From positions 35,558-99,557 of the forward strand of contig JAGAKX010000057.1 of the NCBI GenBank assembly GCA_017625435.1: DNA of 64,000 nucleotides. Direction: 5' to 3'. Below are positions 1 through 9,043 of this stretch, in pieces (positions within the stretch are counted from its first letter, which is position 1; every line of letters starts with the position of its first letter). The DNA comes from Clostridia bacterium (GTDB taxonomy: Bacteria; Bacillota; Clostridia; Oscillospirales; Acutalibacteraceae). Below the pieces are notes generated by a model. The model ran no database searches. It saw only the letters and a list, made by a program, of their open reading frames with translations, and was not told the origin of the DNA. The position numbers and the translations under genes were made by a program.

Positions 1-1180
1 TGTACTCCTTATAGTATCTCTGTGAATTTGCAGAGGGAGAAAGATGCGGAAGCACCGGAATTCTGACGGTTTTATATTCATCGTAGTAATTCTGAACCTC
101 ATAAAAATCTCTGCCTTTATCCAGGGAGTAGAGATTAGCATTGATAAGCTCAGCAAATATTCTTTTGCTTTCGCTGTCTTCCGAAGCGGCTAATTCCTCA
201 CGCTGAACATTAATTTTTCGTGATGTTCTTTCTATAAGCTGATCAACGGTCCTGTAAAGGTCCTCTGCCTTGGAGCGGGCTCGCTGAAGTCTTTCCTTTT
301 CAAAATAGAAAATATCGGGAATTTCTGAGAGAGTTTGTGTAAAATGAACCTTTGCGCTGTTATCGTAAAGGGTGAGAGGCATATAGGAGAACTCAAGATA
401 ATTTCCGTTGTTGTCCGTAAGATAACAGGGCTTGCTTTCACCGGAAATAACAGCATTTTTAAGAAGAGACAGTTCGTGCAGAAGACGGTCCTTCATCCCG
501 ACTGTCATTTCGGATACATTAACATCTCCGAGAGTAATCCTGTAAGCAATTTCCCTTGAAATCAGCGGAGAAATACCGCCGACAACCGACATTACGGCAG
601 ATGACAGCTTTTTGTCTGAAAGCCTGAGAATCTTTTCGGCCGCTTCCTCTGCGGTACTGTCTGCAAGCGACAGCTTTTCCTGCTGAGGGGGGAGCTTATA
701 TTCCCTTCCCGGCAAAATCTCACGGAAGGATGATTTTGAAGCGTCAACACGCTTGAGAGCATCAATTATTACTCCGTCTTCATCAAGAAGAATACAGTTT
801 GAATACTGCGCCATAATTTCGACAACAAGAGTTCTTTTTACTCTGTCACCGATTTCATTCGTTGCATCCATTTCGATTAACAGAATTCTGTCAAAGCCTA
901 TCTGCCTGATATCTCTTATGACTGCACCGCCCAGCTGTTTTCTTAAAAGCATACAAAGCATAGGCGGAGTTTGCGGATTTTCGGGAGAATAATCAGTAAA
1001 ATTGATTCTCGGAGAATTACCCGAAACAGATATAAAAAGCTTCTTTGTTTCTGTTCTTGTGCGAAGTGATATTACAAGCTCATAGCGTGTGGGAAGATAA
1101 ATTCTGTCTACCTTTGCACCTATGGCAAAATCTGCTATTTCATTTTTGAGAAAGTGAAGAAAAATACCGTCTGTTGCCAT
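1..1180 (-). CDS. rqcH: RqcH / fibronectin-binding protein A family (NFACT), N-terminal part; gene continues past the window start
   Basis: Not in ORF track because there is no stop in the window. ATG at 1178-1180 (plus-strand cat) and the frame stays open to position 1. Own translation MATDGIFLHFLKNEIADFAIGAKVDRIYLPTRYELVISLRTRTETKKLFISVSGNSPRINF... looks like an NFACT-N domain. The start abuts the stop of the upstream Nif3 gene. Confidence 0.8.
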   Translation of the reverse strand, partial: MATDGIFLHFLKNEIADFAIGAKVDRIYLPTRYELVISLRTRTETKKLFISVSGNSPRINFTDYSPENPQTPPMLCMLLRKQLGGAVIRDIRQIGFDRILLIEMDATNEIGDRVKRTLVVEIMAQYSNCILLDEDGVIIDALKRVDASKSSFREILPGREYKLPPQQEKLSLADSTAEEAAEKILRLSDKKLSSAVMSVVGGISPLISREIAYRITLGDVNVSEMTVGMKDRLLHELSLLKNAVISGESKPCYLTDNNGNYLEFSYMPLTLYDNSAKVHFTQTLSEIPDIFYFEKERLQRARSKAEDLYRTVDQLIERTSRKINVQREELAASEDSESKRIFAELINANLYSLDKGRDFYEVQNYYDEYKTVRIPVLPHLSPSANSQRYYKEY

Positions 1181-1936
1181 TTATTTCTCCGTTATAACGG
1201 TACCTGCAAAGGGGGACGCGCAGAATACCGTGCAGTTGAATTCATTATTAAGCTTATCGGTCAGTTTTTTTACAACGGGAATTTCGGACTCAAAATGACC
1301 GACAGTAAAAAGTGAAATTCCCTTTTCCTTTGCTTCAAGAAACTCGTGATATTTGGCTTCGCCCGTAATAAAAGCATCACAGCCGAGCTTTATTGCATCA
1401 TCAATAAAATCGGCACCGGCCCCCGTGCAAAGTCCTATTCTGGTAATTTTCTCTCCCGTATCACAGTAAGATACTGCACAGGACAGTTTTTCCCGAAGGT
1501 AAGAAGAGAGTGACTCTGCAGTAAAAGGCTTTTCGGCATAGCATACATTTACAAAACCTGGAAAGCTTCCGTCATATACCTTTTGGAATCTGAAGGACAG
1601 AAGCTCTGAAAGAGTATCATTTACACCGCCCGGTGCCCTGTCGAGATTCGTGTGTGCCGAAATTACGGAAATGCCGTGTATTAAAGCATCATATAAGTAA
1701 GAATCATCCGTAACGGTTTTTACGGGTGAAAAGATAACGGGATGATGGGAAACAATAAGATTTGCACCGATTTTTACTGCATAATCAATAACCTCATTGC
1801 TGACATCAAGGCAGACCACAGCTTTTGTTACTTCGCTGTTAAGACTGCCGAGAAGATGTCCCGAATTATCCCACTCCTCCTGAGAGGAAAAAGGGGCGAA
1901 TGAATCTATGTAATTGAAAACATCAAGAACCTTCAT
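1181..1936 (-). CDS. Nif3-like dinuclear metal centre protein (YqfO / GTP cyclohydrolase 1 type 2 homologue)
   Basis: MKVLDVFNYIDSFAPF...WDNSGHLLG...VSHHPVIF motifs. Start moved to the ATG at 1936, preceded by AGGGGA; the track start is an N-terminal extension overlapping trmK. Confidence 0.85.
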   Translation of the reverse strand: MKVLDVFNYIDSFAPFSSQEEWDNSGHLLGSLNSEVTKAVVCLDVSNEVIDYAVKIGANLIVSHHPVIFSPVKTVTDDSYLYDALIHGISVISAHTNLDRAPGGVNDTLSELLSFRFQKVYDGSFPGFVNVCYAEKPFTAESLSSYLREKLSCAVSYCDTGEKITRIGLCTGAGADFIDDAIKLGCDAFITGEAKYHEFLEAKEKGISLFTVGHFESEIPVVKKLTDKLNNEFNCTVFCASPFAGTVITEK

Positions 1937-2612
1937 TTCCAGTCCCCTTTTCGTAGTATTTTCTGATTGAAAGAAGTCTTTCATATTCGGCTTTTGACTC
2001 TTCCCTGTTTTTAAGGGCCTCTAGCTTTACGTCGACTCTGCGGAGCTGCTTATTAACGTAACGAGCGTTGATTTCATCCCCGGGAGGGAGATAACCGAAC
2101 TGACAGAAGCCTTCATCAATTTCTCTGACTGCTCCGTCAAAATCGGCAGAAATACAGCAGTAAACCTTTCCGGCATCTTCAACAAATCTTTCATCGGTAA
2201 CCGCAAAACCGTTTGATAAAAGAAACCTTCTTACATCCTCGGAATGAGTCATCGGCTGAAGGATAAGATGCATTTTCTCTCTTTTTATCCAAGGGGCAGC
2301 TTCGAGAATTTCGCTCATAAGAGTACCGCCCATACCGCAGATGATAATTTCATCCGCTTCGTCGGGTGAAACCTCTTTAAGACCATCGGAAATCCGGAGA
2401 GTTATTTTATCGCTAAGTGAATGAGCTTTAACCGTATTTTCTGCATTTTTTAAAGGCATTATGCCGATATCACAGGCAAGAACGCTGTCTGCTATTCCTT
2501 TTTCAACAAGGTAAGCGGGAAGATAAGCGTGGTCTGTGCCGATATCTGCAATTTTTGTACGGCATCTGACAAAGGATGCCGCACAAAGAAGTCTGGGACC
2601 TAAATTAATCAT
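1923..2612 (-). CDS. trmK: tRNA (adenine22-N1)-methyltransferase TrmK
   Basis: ADIGTDHAYLPAYLV SAM-binding motif. Sits in the conserved trmK-nif3 pair, as yqfN-yqfO in Bacillus. Confidence 0.85.
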   Translation of the reverse strand: MINLGPRLLCAASFVRCRTKIADIGTDHAYLPAYLVEKGIADSVLACDIGIMPLKNAENTVKAHSLSDKITLRISDGLKEVSPDEADEIIICGMGGTLMSEILEAAPWIKREKMHLILQPMTHSEDVRRFLLSNGFAVTDERFVEDAGKVYCCISADFDGAVREIDEGFCQFGYLPPGDEINARYVNKQLRRVDVKLEALKNREESKAEYERLLSIRKYYEKGTGNEGS

Positions 2613-2812
2613 CCGCGTGTAAGGAAGTAATTGTTGAGCTCTTCAATAAGGTCATCAACATCAACGCCGTGTACCATACAAGCCTGGGCTATGGATTCAT
2701 TTCTTGCAGAGGGACAGCCGAGGCAATGCATACCCATATTGAGGAAGAAGGGAGCTGTACCCTTATCTGCATCAAGAATATCACCGATTTTTGTTGTTTT
2801 TGTTACTACCAT
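2609..2812 (-). CDS. DUF1858 / hybrid-cluster-protein-associated redox disulfide domain protein
   Basis: 67 aa, ...FLNMGMHCLGCPSARNESIAQACMVHGVD... with a CxxC motif. ATGA overlap with the trmK start. Confidence 0.7.
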   Translation of the reverse strand: MVVTKTTKIGDILDADKGTAPFFLNMGMHCLGCPSARNESIAQACMVHGVDVDDLIEELNNYFLTRG

Positions 2813-2831
2813 TTTTATTTCTCCTTAAATT

Positions 2832-3797
2832 TTATTCGTCCTCAGAGAAGCTGTAAACTACCTGAGTATTTGTCTGTGCGACAATATATTTCGGTCTGTC
2901 CTTAGATTCGGTATAAACACGTGCAAGGTATTCGCCGATGATACCGATTGAAAGGAGCAGAAGAAATCCGATAAAGAACATACCCGTAAGAATAAAGGGA
3001 ATAAAGCCTGCGTACAGGGGATTTATGATGTTTCTTATAACACCGTAAATAAATGCAACCGCGCCTATAAAGGCTGAAAGGAATGCGAAAATGAAGCTCA
3101 GTCTCAGAGGAGAGGTTGTAAATCCGAGAATGCCGTCAACTGCATACTTAGCAAGCTTTGTAAGAGACCACTTTGTTTCGCCTGCGGCTCTTTCACGGTT
3201 AGTATGTCCTATCCACTTTACATTAAAACCTACCCAGCTGAAAATTCCCTTTGAAAAACGAATGCTTTCGGGCATTGAAATTATAGCCTTTACAACATTC
3301 TTTTTCATTATGCGGAAATCCTGAGCGGATTCCGTAATCTTTGTTTCGCTGACCCGATTTATTACTTTGTAGAAGCTTTCAGAAAGGAAGCTCTTCAGCT
3401 TGCTCTCCCCTTCTCTGTCTTCACGGTTAGCGGCGGCAACGTCATAGCCCTCTTCATCGACAAAGTGAAGCATTTCGGGGATAAGCTCGGGAGAATGCTG
3501 TAAGTCTGCATCAAGAATGCCGATATAATCAGCTTTTACGGCATATTCCATACCTGCAAGCATAGCCGCCTCCTTGCCGAAGTTTCTTGAGAAAGAAATG
3601 AATTTAACGGCTGAGTTTCTGGATGCAAGGTCCTTGATGATTCTGAGCGTATCGTCACGGCTTCCGTCATCTACAAAAACAAGCTCCGTCTGATATCTGT
3701 CACGGAGAGAATCAATAACCTTTGAGGTTTCCTCATAGAACATTGCGAGTACATCTGCTTCATTGAAGCAGGGAACGATAAGTGCTAAAGTTTTCAT
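2832..3797 (-). CDS. Family 2 glycosyltransferase, polyprenyl-phosphate sugar transferase (GtrB-like) with C-terminal TM helices
   Basis: LALIVPCFNEA...VDDGSRDDT...DADLQH motifs and two C-terminal hydrophobic helices. ATG at 3797 is preceded by AAAGGTGA; the track start at 3806 is GTG. Confidence 0.8.
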   Translation of the reverse strand: MKTLALIVPCFNEADVLAMFYEETSKVIDSLRDRYQTELVFVDDGSRDDTLRIIKDLASRNSAVKFISFSRNFGKEAAMLAGMEYAVKADYIGILDADLQHSPELIPEMLHFVDEEGYDVAAANREDREGESKLKSFLSESFYKVINRVSETKITESAQDFRIMKKNVVKAIISMPESIRFSKGIFSWVGFNVKWIGHTNRERAAGETKWSLTKLAKYAVDGILGFTTSPLRLSFIFAFLSAFIGAVAFIYGVIRNIINPLYAGFIPFILTGMFFIGFLLLLSIGIIGEYLARVYTESKDRPKYIVAQTNTQVVYSFSEDE

Positions 3798-3818
3798 AAT
3801 TTTCACCTTTACATATTT

Positions 3819-5426
3819 TTAGCAGTCGTCGAATTCATCTTCAAGAACTGCTTCTGCGCATTTTATTCCGTCAACGGCGGCTGACACAATTCCGCCGGCA
3901 TACCCTGCTCCCTCACCGCAGGGATAAATACCCTTGATGCTCGCTTGTCTTAAATCGTCACGGATGATTCTGACGGGTGAGGAGCTTCTGCTTTCGGGAG
4001 CTGTAAGCACCGCATCGGGTAAAGTAAAGCCGTCAAGCTTTTTGTTGAATTCGTACAAAGCGGCTTCAACAGAATCACAAATCTCTTCGGGCATTACTTT
4101 TCTGATATCCGTAGGGGTAACGCCCGTGGGGAAAGAGGGTTTAACGGCGCCGAGCCTTTTCGAGGGCTGATGCTTTAGAAAGTCTCCCACGGTCTGGCAG
4201 GGACCCGAGTAATTACTGCCGCCGGCAACAAATGCCGTGCGTTCAATTTTTCTTTGCAATTCAATTCCTGCAAGCGGATGGCCAGAACCGAAATGTGAAG
4301 GCTCAACACCTACAAGAATAGCGGAGTTTGCATTTTCCTTGTCTCTTGCATATTCACTCATACCGTTAGTTACAACCGTATTTTCCTCAGAGGGAGCGCA
4401 CACAACCGTGCCGCCGGGACACATACAGAAGGTGTATGCGCCGCGGTTATGGAGTGAGTGATTGGATAATTTATAATTTGCGGCTCCCAGAAGCGGATTA
4501 TTCCACTCCTTGCCGAAAAGTGATTTATTTATTAATTCCTGGGGATGCTCAATTCTTACACCCATAGAAAAAGCCTTCTGCTCCATTAAAATGCCGTGAG
4601 AAAAAAGCATTTCTACCGTATCGCGTGCCGAGTGTCCTATGGCTAAAATCAGACAGTCTGTTTCCATATCAGTTATACTGCCCTTTTCATCCTCAAAGGA
4701 AACACCCTGAATATAGCCGTTTGCCTTATAGATATCCTTAAGAGTACAGCCGAAACGGATTTCACCGCCGAGAGCTATAATCTCTTTTCTCATATTCTTT
4801 ACAACGTCCACAAGCTTGTCCGTGCCTATGTGAGGATGAGACGAATAAAGAATTGAATCGGGGGCTCCGAATTTATTGAAGGATTCGAGAACATAACGGC
4901 ATCTGCTGTCCTTTATGCCGGTTGTAAGCTTTCCGTCAGAAAAGGTCCCTGCACCGCCTTCGCCGAACTGAACATTTGAAGAGGTATTGAGCTTTCTCGT
5001 ATTCCAGAAGCCGTAAACATCCCTTGTTCTTGTGTCAACATCATTTCCTCTTTCAAGCACCAAGGGACGAAGACCTGCCTTTGCAAGAATAAAAGATGCA
5101 AACATTCCGGCAGGGCCGAAGCCCACAATAACAGGGCGGAATGCGGAAGTCCTCTTGTTTTCGGGCATCTCATAAACGTACTTCTGACAGGTGTGAACCT
5201 TATTCTGAGGAAACGAAAGAGCAATAGCCTCCTCATCAAGGTCAGTTTCAAGATTTACCGAATAAATCATTTTAATGTTATTGCGTTTTCTCGAGTCGAT
5301 GGATTCTCTGACAAATTCAAAGCCCCTTACGGATGAAAGCGCAATTCCGACAGCTTCAGCCGCCGCTTTTTTTATTTCATTTTCGGGAGTACCGAGAGGT
5401 ACGGAAATTTCATTAATACGAAGCAA
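3819..5426 (-). CDS. FAD-dependent protein (COG2509-type NAD(FAD)-utilising dehydrogenase)
   Basis: VIVGFGPAGMFASFILAKAG dinucleotide fold and QFGEGGAGTFSDGKLTT. TTG start preceded by AGGGAGAA. Confidence 0.75.
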   Translation of the reverse strand: MLRINEISVPLGTPENEIKKAAAEAVGIALSSVRGFEFVRESIDSRKRNNIKMIYSVNLETDLDEEAIALSFPQNKVHTCQKYVYEMPENKRTSAFRPVIVGFGPAGMFASFILAKAGLRPLVLERGNDVDTRTRDVYGFWNTRKLNTSSNVQFGEGGAGTFSDGKLTTGIKDSRCRYVLESFNKFGAPDSILYSSHPHIGTDKLVDVVKNMRKEIIALGGEIRFGCTLKDIYKANGYIQGVSFEDEKGSITDMETDCLILAIGHSARDTVEMLFSHGILMEQKAFSMGVRIEHPQELINKSLFGKEWNNPLLGAANYKLSNHSLHNRGAYTFCMCPGGTVVCAPSEENTVVTNGMSEYARDKENANSAILVGVEPSHFGSGHPLAGIELQRKIERTAFVAGGSNYSGPCQTVGDFLKHQPSKRLGAVKPSFPTGVTPTDIRKVMPEEICDSVEAALYEFNKKLDGFTLPDAVLTAPESRSSSPVRIIRDDLRQASIKGIYPCGEGAGYAGGIVSAAVDGIKCAEAVLEDEFDDC

Positions 5427-5427
5427 A

Positions 5428-6675
5428 TTATTTCTCCCTGATTATACTTGTACCGGCAACATAAGCAGAAGACCACGCCCATTGCAGATTATAGCCGCCG
5501 CAGTCACCGTCAACATTTAGTATTTCACCGCAGACATATAAGCCCTTAACCTTTTTAAGCTCCATAGTCGCGGAATTAACTTCAAAAGCTTTTATTCCTC
5601 CTGCAGTCACCTGAGCATCAGGAAAGCCCTTTACGGAGCTTACCTTATACTTTTTGTTTTTGACGGCAGAAACAATTTTTTCAACAACGGCAGAATTGAG
5701 TCTGCCGATTTTAAGGCTGAGATTAAGAGAGCATTCCGACAGAATATAGGTGCCGAGCTTTTTCGGCATTATGCCCGACAGAAGCATTTCAACGGGCATA
5801 TCCGGATTGTTTTTGATAAGTGCAAAAATCTCTGTTTTAAGCTCATCGGCGGTAAACCAAGGTGCAGAATCAACGTGGGCAAATACAGCCTTGTTATTAT
5901 GAAGGCACTCAGCCGCAAAGCGTGAAACCTGCATCGAGGGTATTCCGGAAAGACCGTAATCCGTATACTGAATCTCTCCTGTGTCCTCTGCTGTAACCTT
6001 ACCCTCACATCTGATGGTGATTCTGCCCTGAGCTCTTATACCCTTTAGACTTTTCGTAAAGCCTTCACAGTTAAGAGGCACCAGAGCCGGAAGCAATGGG
6101 GCATATTCTATACCGAAGGGACGAAGAAGAGAAAAACCGCTTCCGTCACTTCCCTGTACAGGTGCTGCTTTTCCGCCCGTTGCAAGAATAACCTTATCGG
6201 CATAAAAGCTGTCATTGAGTATGAAACCGTTGCCCCTGCGCCTTATATCGGTAATTTTTGTATCACAGATTTCCTTGATACCGAGAGACTGACACTCCTG
6301 TCTCAAAGCATCAAGAATTGCAGATGCCTGAAAGGACATGGGATAGACACGTCCGGCATTATCGCTTTTCGGAAAAATACCGATACTGCGGAAAAATTCA
6401 CGGGTTTTTTCATTATTAAAGCGGGAATACACACCGAAAGCAAAATCGCTGTCACCGTGGAAATTAAGCTTCTCAATATTTTCATTAGTGAAATTGCATC
6501 TGCCGTTGCCGGTTACAAGAATTTTCTTTCCGACTCGGCTGTTTCCGTCATAAACATCAATACCGACGGGAACATTCTCCGCAGAAGCGGTTCTTGCGGC
6601 AAAAATTGCTGATGCAAGACCTGATGCACCGCCGCCTATTACGGCGATTCTTAAAGCATTATTCTTTTTCATCAT
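5428..6675 (-). CDS. NAD(P)/FAD-dependent oxidoreductase, HI0933/YhiN/BaiN family
   Basis: RIAVIGGGASGLASAIFAA and GKKILVTGNGRCNFTN motifs typical of the family. Confidence 0.8.
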   Translation of the reverse strand: MMKKNNALRIAVIGGGASGLASAIFAARTASAENVPVGIDVYDGNSRVGKKILVTGNGRCNFTNENIEKLNFHGDSDFAFGVYSRFNNEKTREFFRSIGIFPKSDNAGRVYPMSFQASAILDALRQECQSLGIKEICDTKITDIRRRGNGFILNDSFYADKVILATGGKAAPVQGSDGSGFSLLRPFGIEYAPLLPALVPLNCEGFTKSLKGIRAQGRITIRCEGKVTAEDTGEIQYTDYGLSGIPSMQVSRFAAECLHNNKAVFAHVDSAPWFTADELKTEIFALIKNNPDMPVEMLLSGIMPKKLGTYILSECSLNLSLKIGRLNSAVVEKIVSAVKNKKYKVSSVKGFPDAQVTAGGIKAFEVNSATMELKKVKGLYVCGEILNVDGDCGGYNLQWAWSSAYVAGTSIIREK

Positions 6676-7057
6676 CGTTACTATCTTTTATGACAGACAT
6701 AAGCATTTCAAAAATATCCTTATCCTTGCGGACTGCCGCGGCTGTTCTGAGAAGTGCAATAAATTTACGTTCGGAACGGGAAAGATCAGCCATATTCTTT
6801 TCCTTTACGGCTTTTATAAGCTCAATGCCGTAATCGGGACTGTTGAGAGCCGAATCGTTTCTGTCTGCACCCGTAAGCCATTCAATATCGGCATTGAATA
6901 TGGCAGAAAGCTTTACGACTACCTCCACCGAGGGCTTAAGATGACCGAGCTCATAATAAGAATAAGTGGAACGGTCAAGCCCGAGAATATCCGCCACCTG
7001 CTGTTGGGTAAGCTGACATTCTTTTCTTGCTGCCTTTATCCTTTCTGAAAGTAACAT
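6659..7057 (-). CDS. XRE-family HTH transcriptional regulator with C-terminal extension
   Basis: RIKAARKECQLTQQQVADILGLDRSTYSYYELG HTH. GGAGGA RBS. 17-nt overlap with the downstream oxidoreductase gene. Confidence 0.75.
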   Translation of the reverse strand: MLLSERIKAARKECQLTQQQVADILGLDRSTYSYYELGHLKPSVEVVVKLSAIFNADIEWLTGADRNDSALNSPDYGIELIKAVKEKNMADLSRSERKFIALLRTAAAVRKDKDIFEMLMSVIKDSNDDEKE

Positions 7058-7070
7058 AAACAGTCCTCCG

Positions 7071-7104
7071 CAAAAAATATCCGGACAGGAAAAATCTGTC
7101 CGGA
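7071..7104 (-). terminator. Intrinsic terminator-like hairpin between the two XRE genes
   Basis: Minus strand UCCGGACAG-AUUUUUC-CUGUCCGGA followed by UAUUUUUUG, then the GGAGGA RBS of the next gene. Confidence 0.6.
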
Positions 7105-7107
7105 TGA

Positions 7108-7136
7108 ATTATAGCATTTAATTATTATAAATGCAA
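7108..7136 (-). promoter_or_regulatory. Sigma-A-type promoter in front of the second XRE gene
   Basis: Minus strand TTGCAT-17 nt-TATAAT. It lies between the stop of the first XRE gene (7149) and the hairpin at 7080-7104. Confidence 0.5.
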
Positions 7137-7148
7137 GTATTATTATAA

Positions 7149-7394
7149 TTAATTGACAGAAAGAAGCCATTCAAGACTTACTCCCAGAACTCTCGCTATA
7201 ATTACAAGCTCATAGTCAAATACTCCTCTTACCTGACCTTCAAGCTTTGAAAGGGCCGATGCATTAATATCCATTCCCTCCACCTGCAGACGGGCAAGGA
7301 AATCCTTCTGCTTCATGCCAAGCTCTTTTCTTTTCATTTCAATGCGGGCACCGACAATATTGCGGTCACCCAGCTCCTGCTTTCTTAATCTCAA
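7149..7394 (-). CDS. XRE-family HTH transcriptional regulator (81 aa)
   Basis: GARIEMKRKELGMKQKDFLARLQVEGMDINASALSKLEG HTH. TTG start preceded by GGTGGTGA. Confidence 0.75.
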   Translation of the reverse strand: MRLRKQELGDRNIVGARIEMKRKELGMKQKDFLARLQVEGMDINASALSKLEGQVRGVFDYELVIIARVLGVSLEWLLSVN

Positions 7395-7484
7395 AAATAA
7401 TCACCACCGCCAAAATGTTAAAATCATATTAACACAAAGTTAACGGAAGGTCAACATAAACTGATAATTAATTTAATTTTTCCG

Positions 7485-7513
7485 TTGATTAAATAGCTAA
7501 AATGTGATAAAAT
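7485..7513 (+). promoter_or_regulatory. Sigma-A-type promoter of pncB
   Basis: TTGATT-17 nt-TAAAAT with TG at the extended -10 position; 31 nt upstream of the pncB ATG. Confidence 0.55.
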
Positions 7514-7544
7514 TAGGTTTAACAAATGTGAACGGAGAATTGCT

Positions 7545-8993
7545 ATGTTAAATTCATCCCTGAATAAATGCGAACTTATGTTTGATTTTTACGAGCTTTC
7601 ACAGGCAAACGGCTTTCTGAAAACAGGAATTGACAATACAGTTGCCTGGTTTGATATGTTTTTCCGCCCCTCTGCCGAAATGGGCGGATTCTGTGTAATG
7701 GCAGGTGTAAAACAGCTGACAGAATATATCACAAATCTTTCCTTTTCTGAGGATGAGCTCAGCTTTCTTGCAGACAAGGGTTTAAGCCGTGAATTTATTG
7801 AATATCTGAGAAATTTCAGATTTTCCTGTGATATATGGGCAGTTCCCGAGGGTACACCCGTATTTGCAAACGAACCGGTTGTGAAGGTCCGCGGCCCCGT
7901 AATACAGGCACAGATGCTTGAAACTCTCATTCTTCTTTCCGTCAATCATCAGTCCCTTGTCACAACAAAAGCAAACAGGATTGTAAGGGCTGCAGGCGGC
8001 AGAGCAATCATTGAGTCCGGTGCACGCCGTGCACACGGTGCCGTTGCCGCAATGGGCGGATCAAGAAGTGCTTATATAGGCGGATGCTGTGCCACAACCA
8101 ATGTCGCCGCTGCAAAGGAATACAACATTCCCCTTTTCAGCGCCATGAGTAACACCTGGGTTCAGATGTTCGATACGGAATATGAGGCATTCGCAACATA
8201 TTGCAGAGAATATCCCGACAACTGCGTGCTTCTTATTGATACATACGACACTATGGATAAAGGTCTTCCCGATGCCATAAAAGCCTTTGACGAAGTACTC
8301 TCCCCTATGGGTAAGCGCCCCAAGGGTGTCAGAATCAACAGCGGAGACCTTGCTTATCTTTCAAAGAAAATCAGAAGAGTTCTCAACGAATCAGGCTATC
8401 CTGACTGTGATATCTATGCATCAAATTCTCTTGATGAATATATCATCAGAGATATGCTGCAGAACGGTGCAAGAATTGACAGCTTTCTTGTAGGCGAAAG
8501 AATGATTACCTCTGCTTCCAATCCCGTAATGCCGGGCTCTTATAAGCTTTCTGCGGTCGAAAAGGACGGCGAGATTATCCCGAAAATCAAGATTTACGAA
8601 AACGTATCAAAAATTACAACACCCTGTCCCAAGCTCTTATGGAGACTGTTTGACAATGAAACAGGTAAGGCTATTGCAGACGTTCTGACCTTACAGGACG
8701 AGGACCTTTCAGACTGTAAGGAATATGAGCTTTTTGACCCCGATTACACATGGAAAAAGAAGACTGTTACTGATTTTGTCGCACGTCAGCTTCTTGTAAA
8801 AATTGTCGAAAACGGCAAGGTGGTTTACAGCTTCCCCGATACAGAAAGCATCAGAAGCTACTGTGCCGAGCAGATTGACACTCTCTGGGAAGAGGTTGTA
8901 AGATTTGAATATCCCCACAATTATTATGTTGATTTGTCGCAAAAGCTCTGGTCTCTCAAGCAAAAAATGATAGATGATTGCTTTAACAGATAA
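7545..8993 (+). CDS. pncB: Nicotinate phosphoribosyltransferase
   Basis: 482 aa. N-terminal MFDFYELSQANGF and overall length and architecture typical of PncB. ACGGAGAA RBS. Confidence 0.9.
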   Translation: MLNSSLNKCELMFDFYELSQANGFLKTGIDNTVAWFDMFFRPSAEMGGFCVMAGVKQLTEYITNLSFSEDELSFLADKGLSREFIEYLRNFRFSCDIWAVPEGTPVFANEPVVKVRGPVIQAQMLETLILLSVNHQSLVTTKANRIVRAAGGRAIIESGARRAHGAVAAMGGSRSAYIGGCCATTNVAAAKEYNIPLFSAMSNTWVQMFDTEYEAFATYCREYPDNCVLLIDTYDTMDKGLPDAIKAFDEVLSPMGKRPKGVRINSGDLAYLSKKIRRVLNESGYPDCDIYASNSLDEYIIRDMLQNGARIDSFLVGERMITSASNPVMPGSYKLSAVEKDGEIIPKIKIYENVSKITTPCPKLLWRLFDNETGKAIADVLTLQDEDLSDCKEYELFDPDYTWKKKTVTDFVARQLLVKIVENGKVVYSFPDTESIRSYCAEQIDTLWEEVVRFEYPHNYYVDLSQKLWSLKQKMIDDCFNR

Positions 8994-9000
8994 CAGTCCC

Positions 9001-9043
9001 TTTACCGTGAAGGAAAAGTATCCTCCACGGTAAATTCTTTTTT
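9001..9043 (+). terminator. Intrinsic terminator of pncB, embedded in the last codons of convergent yqfD
   Basis: TTTACCGTG...CACGGTAAA (9 bp) with an inner AGGA/TCCT extension, followed by TTCTTTTTT. Starts 8 nt after the pncB stop. Confidence 0.65.

Noticed and set aside
6659-7394. Two adjacent small XRE genes as a possible toxin-antitoxin or phage-repressor module
   Set aside because: Both products carry HTH domains and neither resembles a toxin. A terminator and promoter separate them, and there are no phage or mobile genes nearby.
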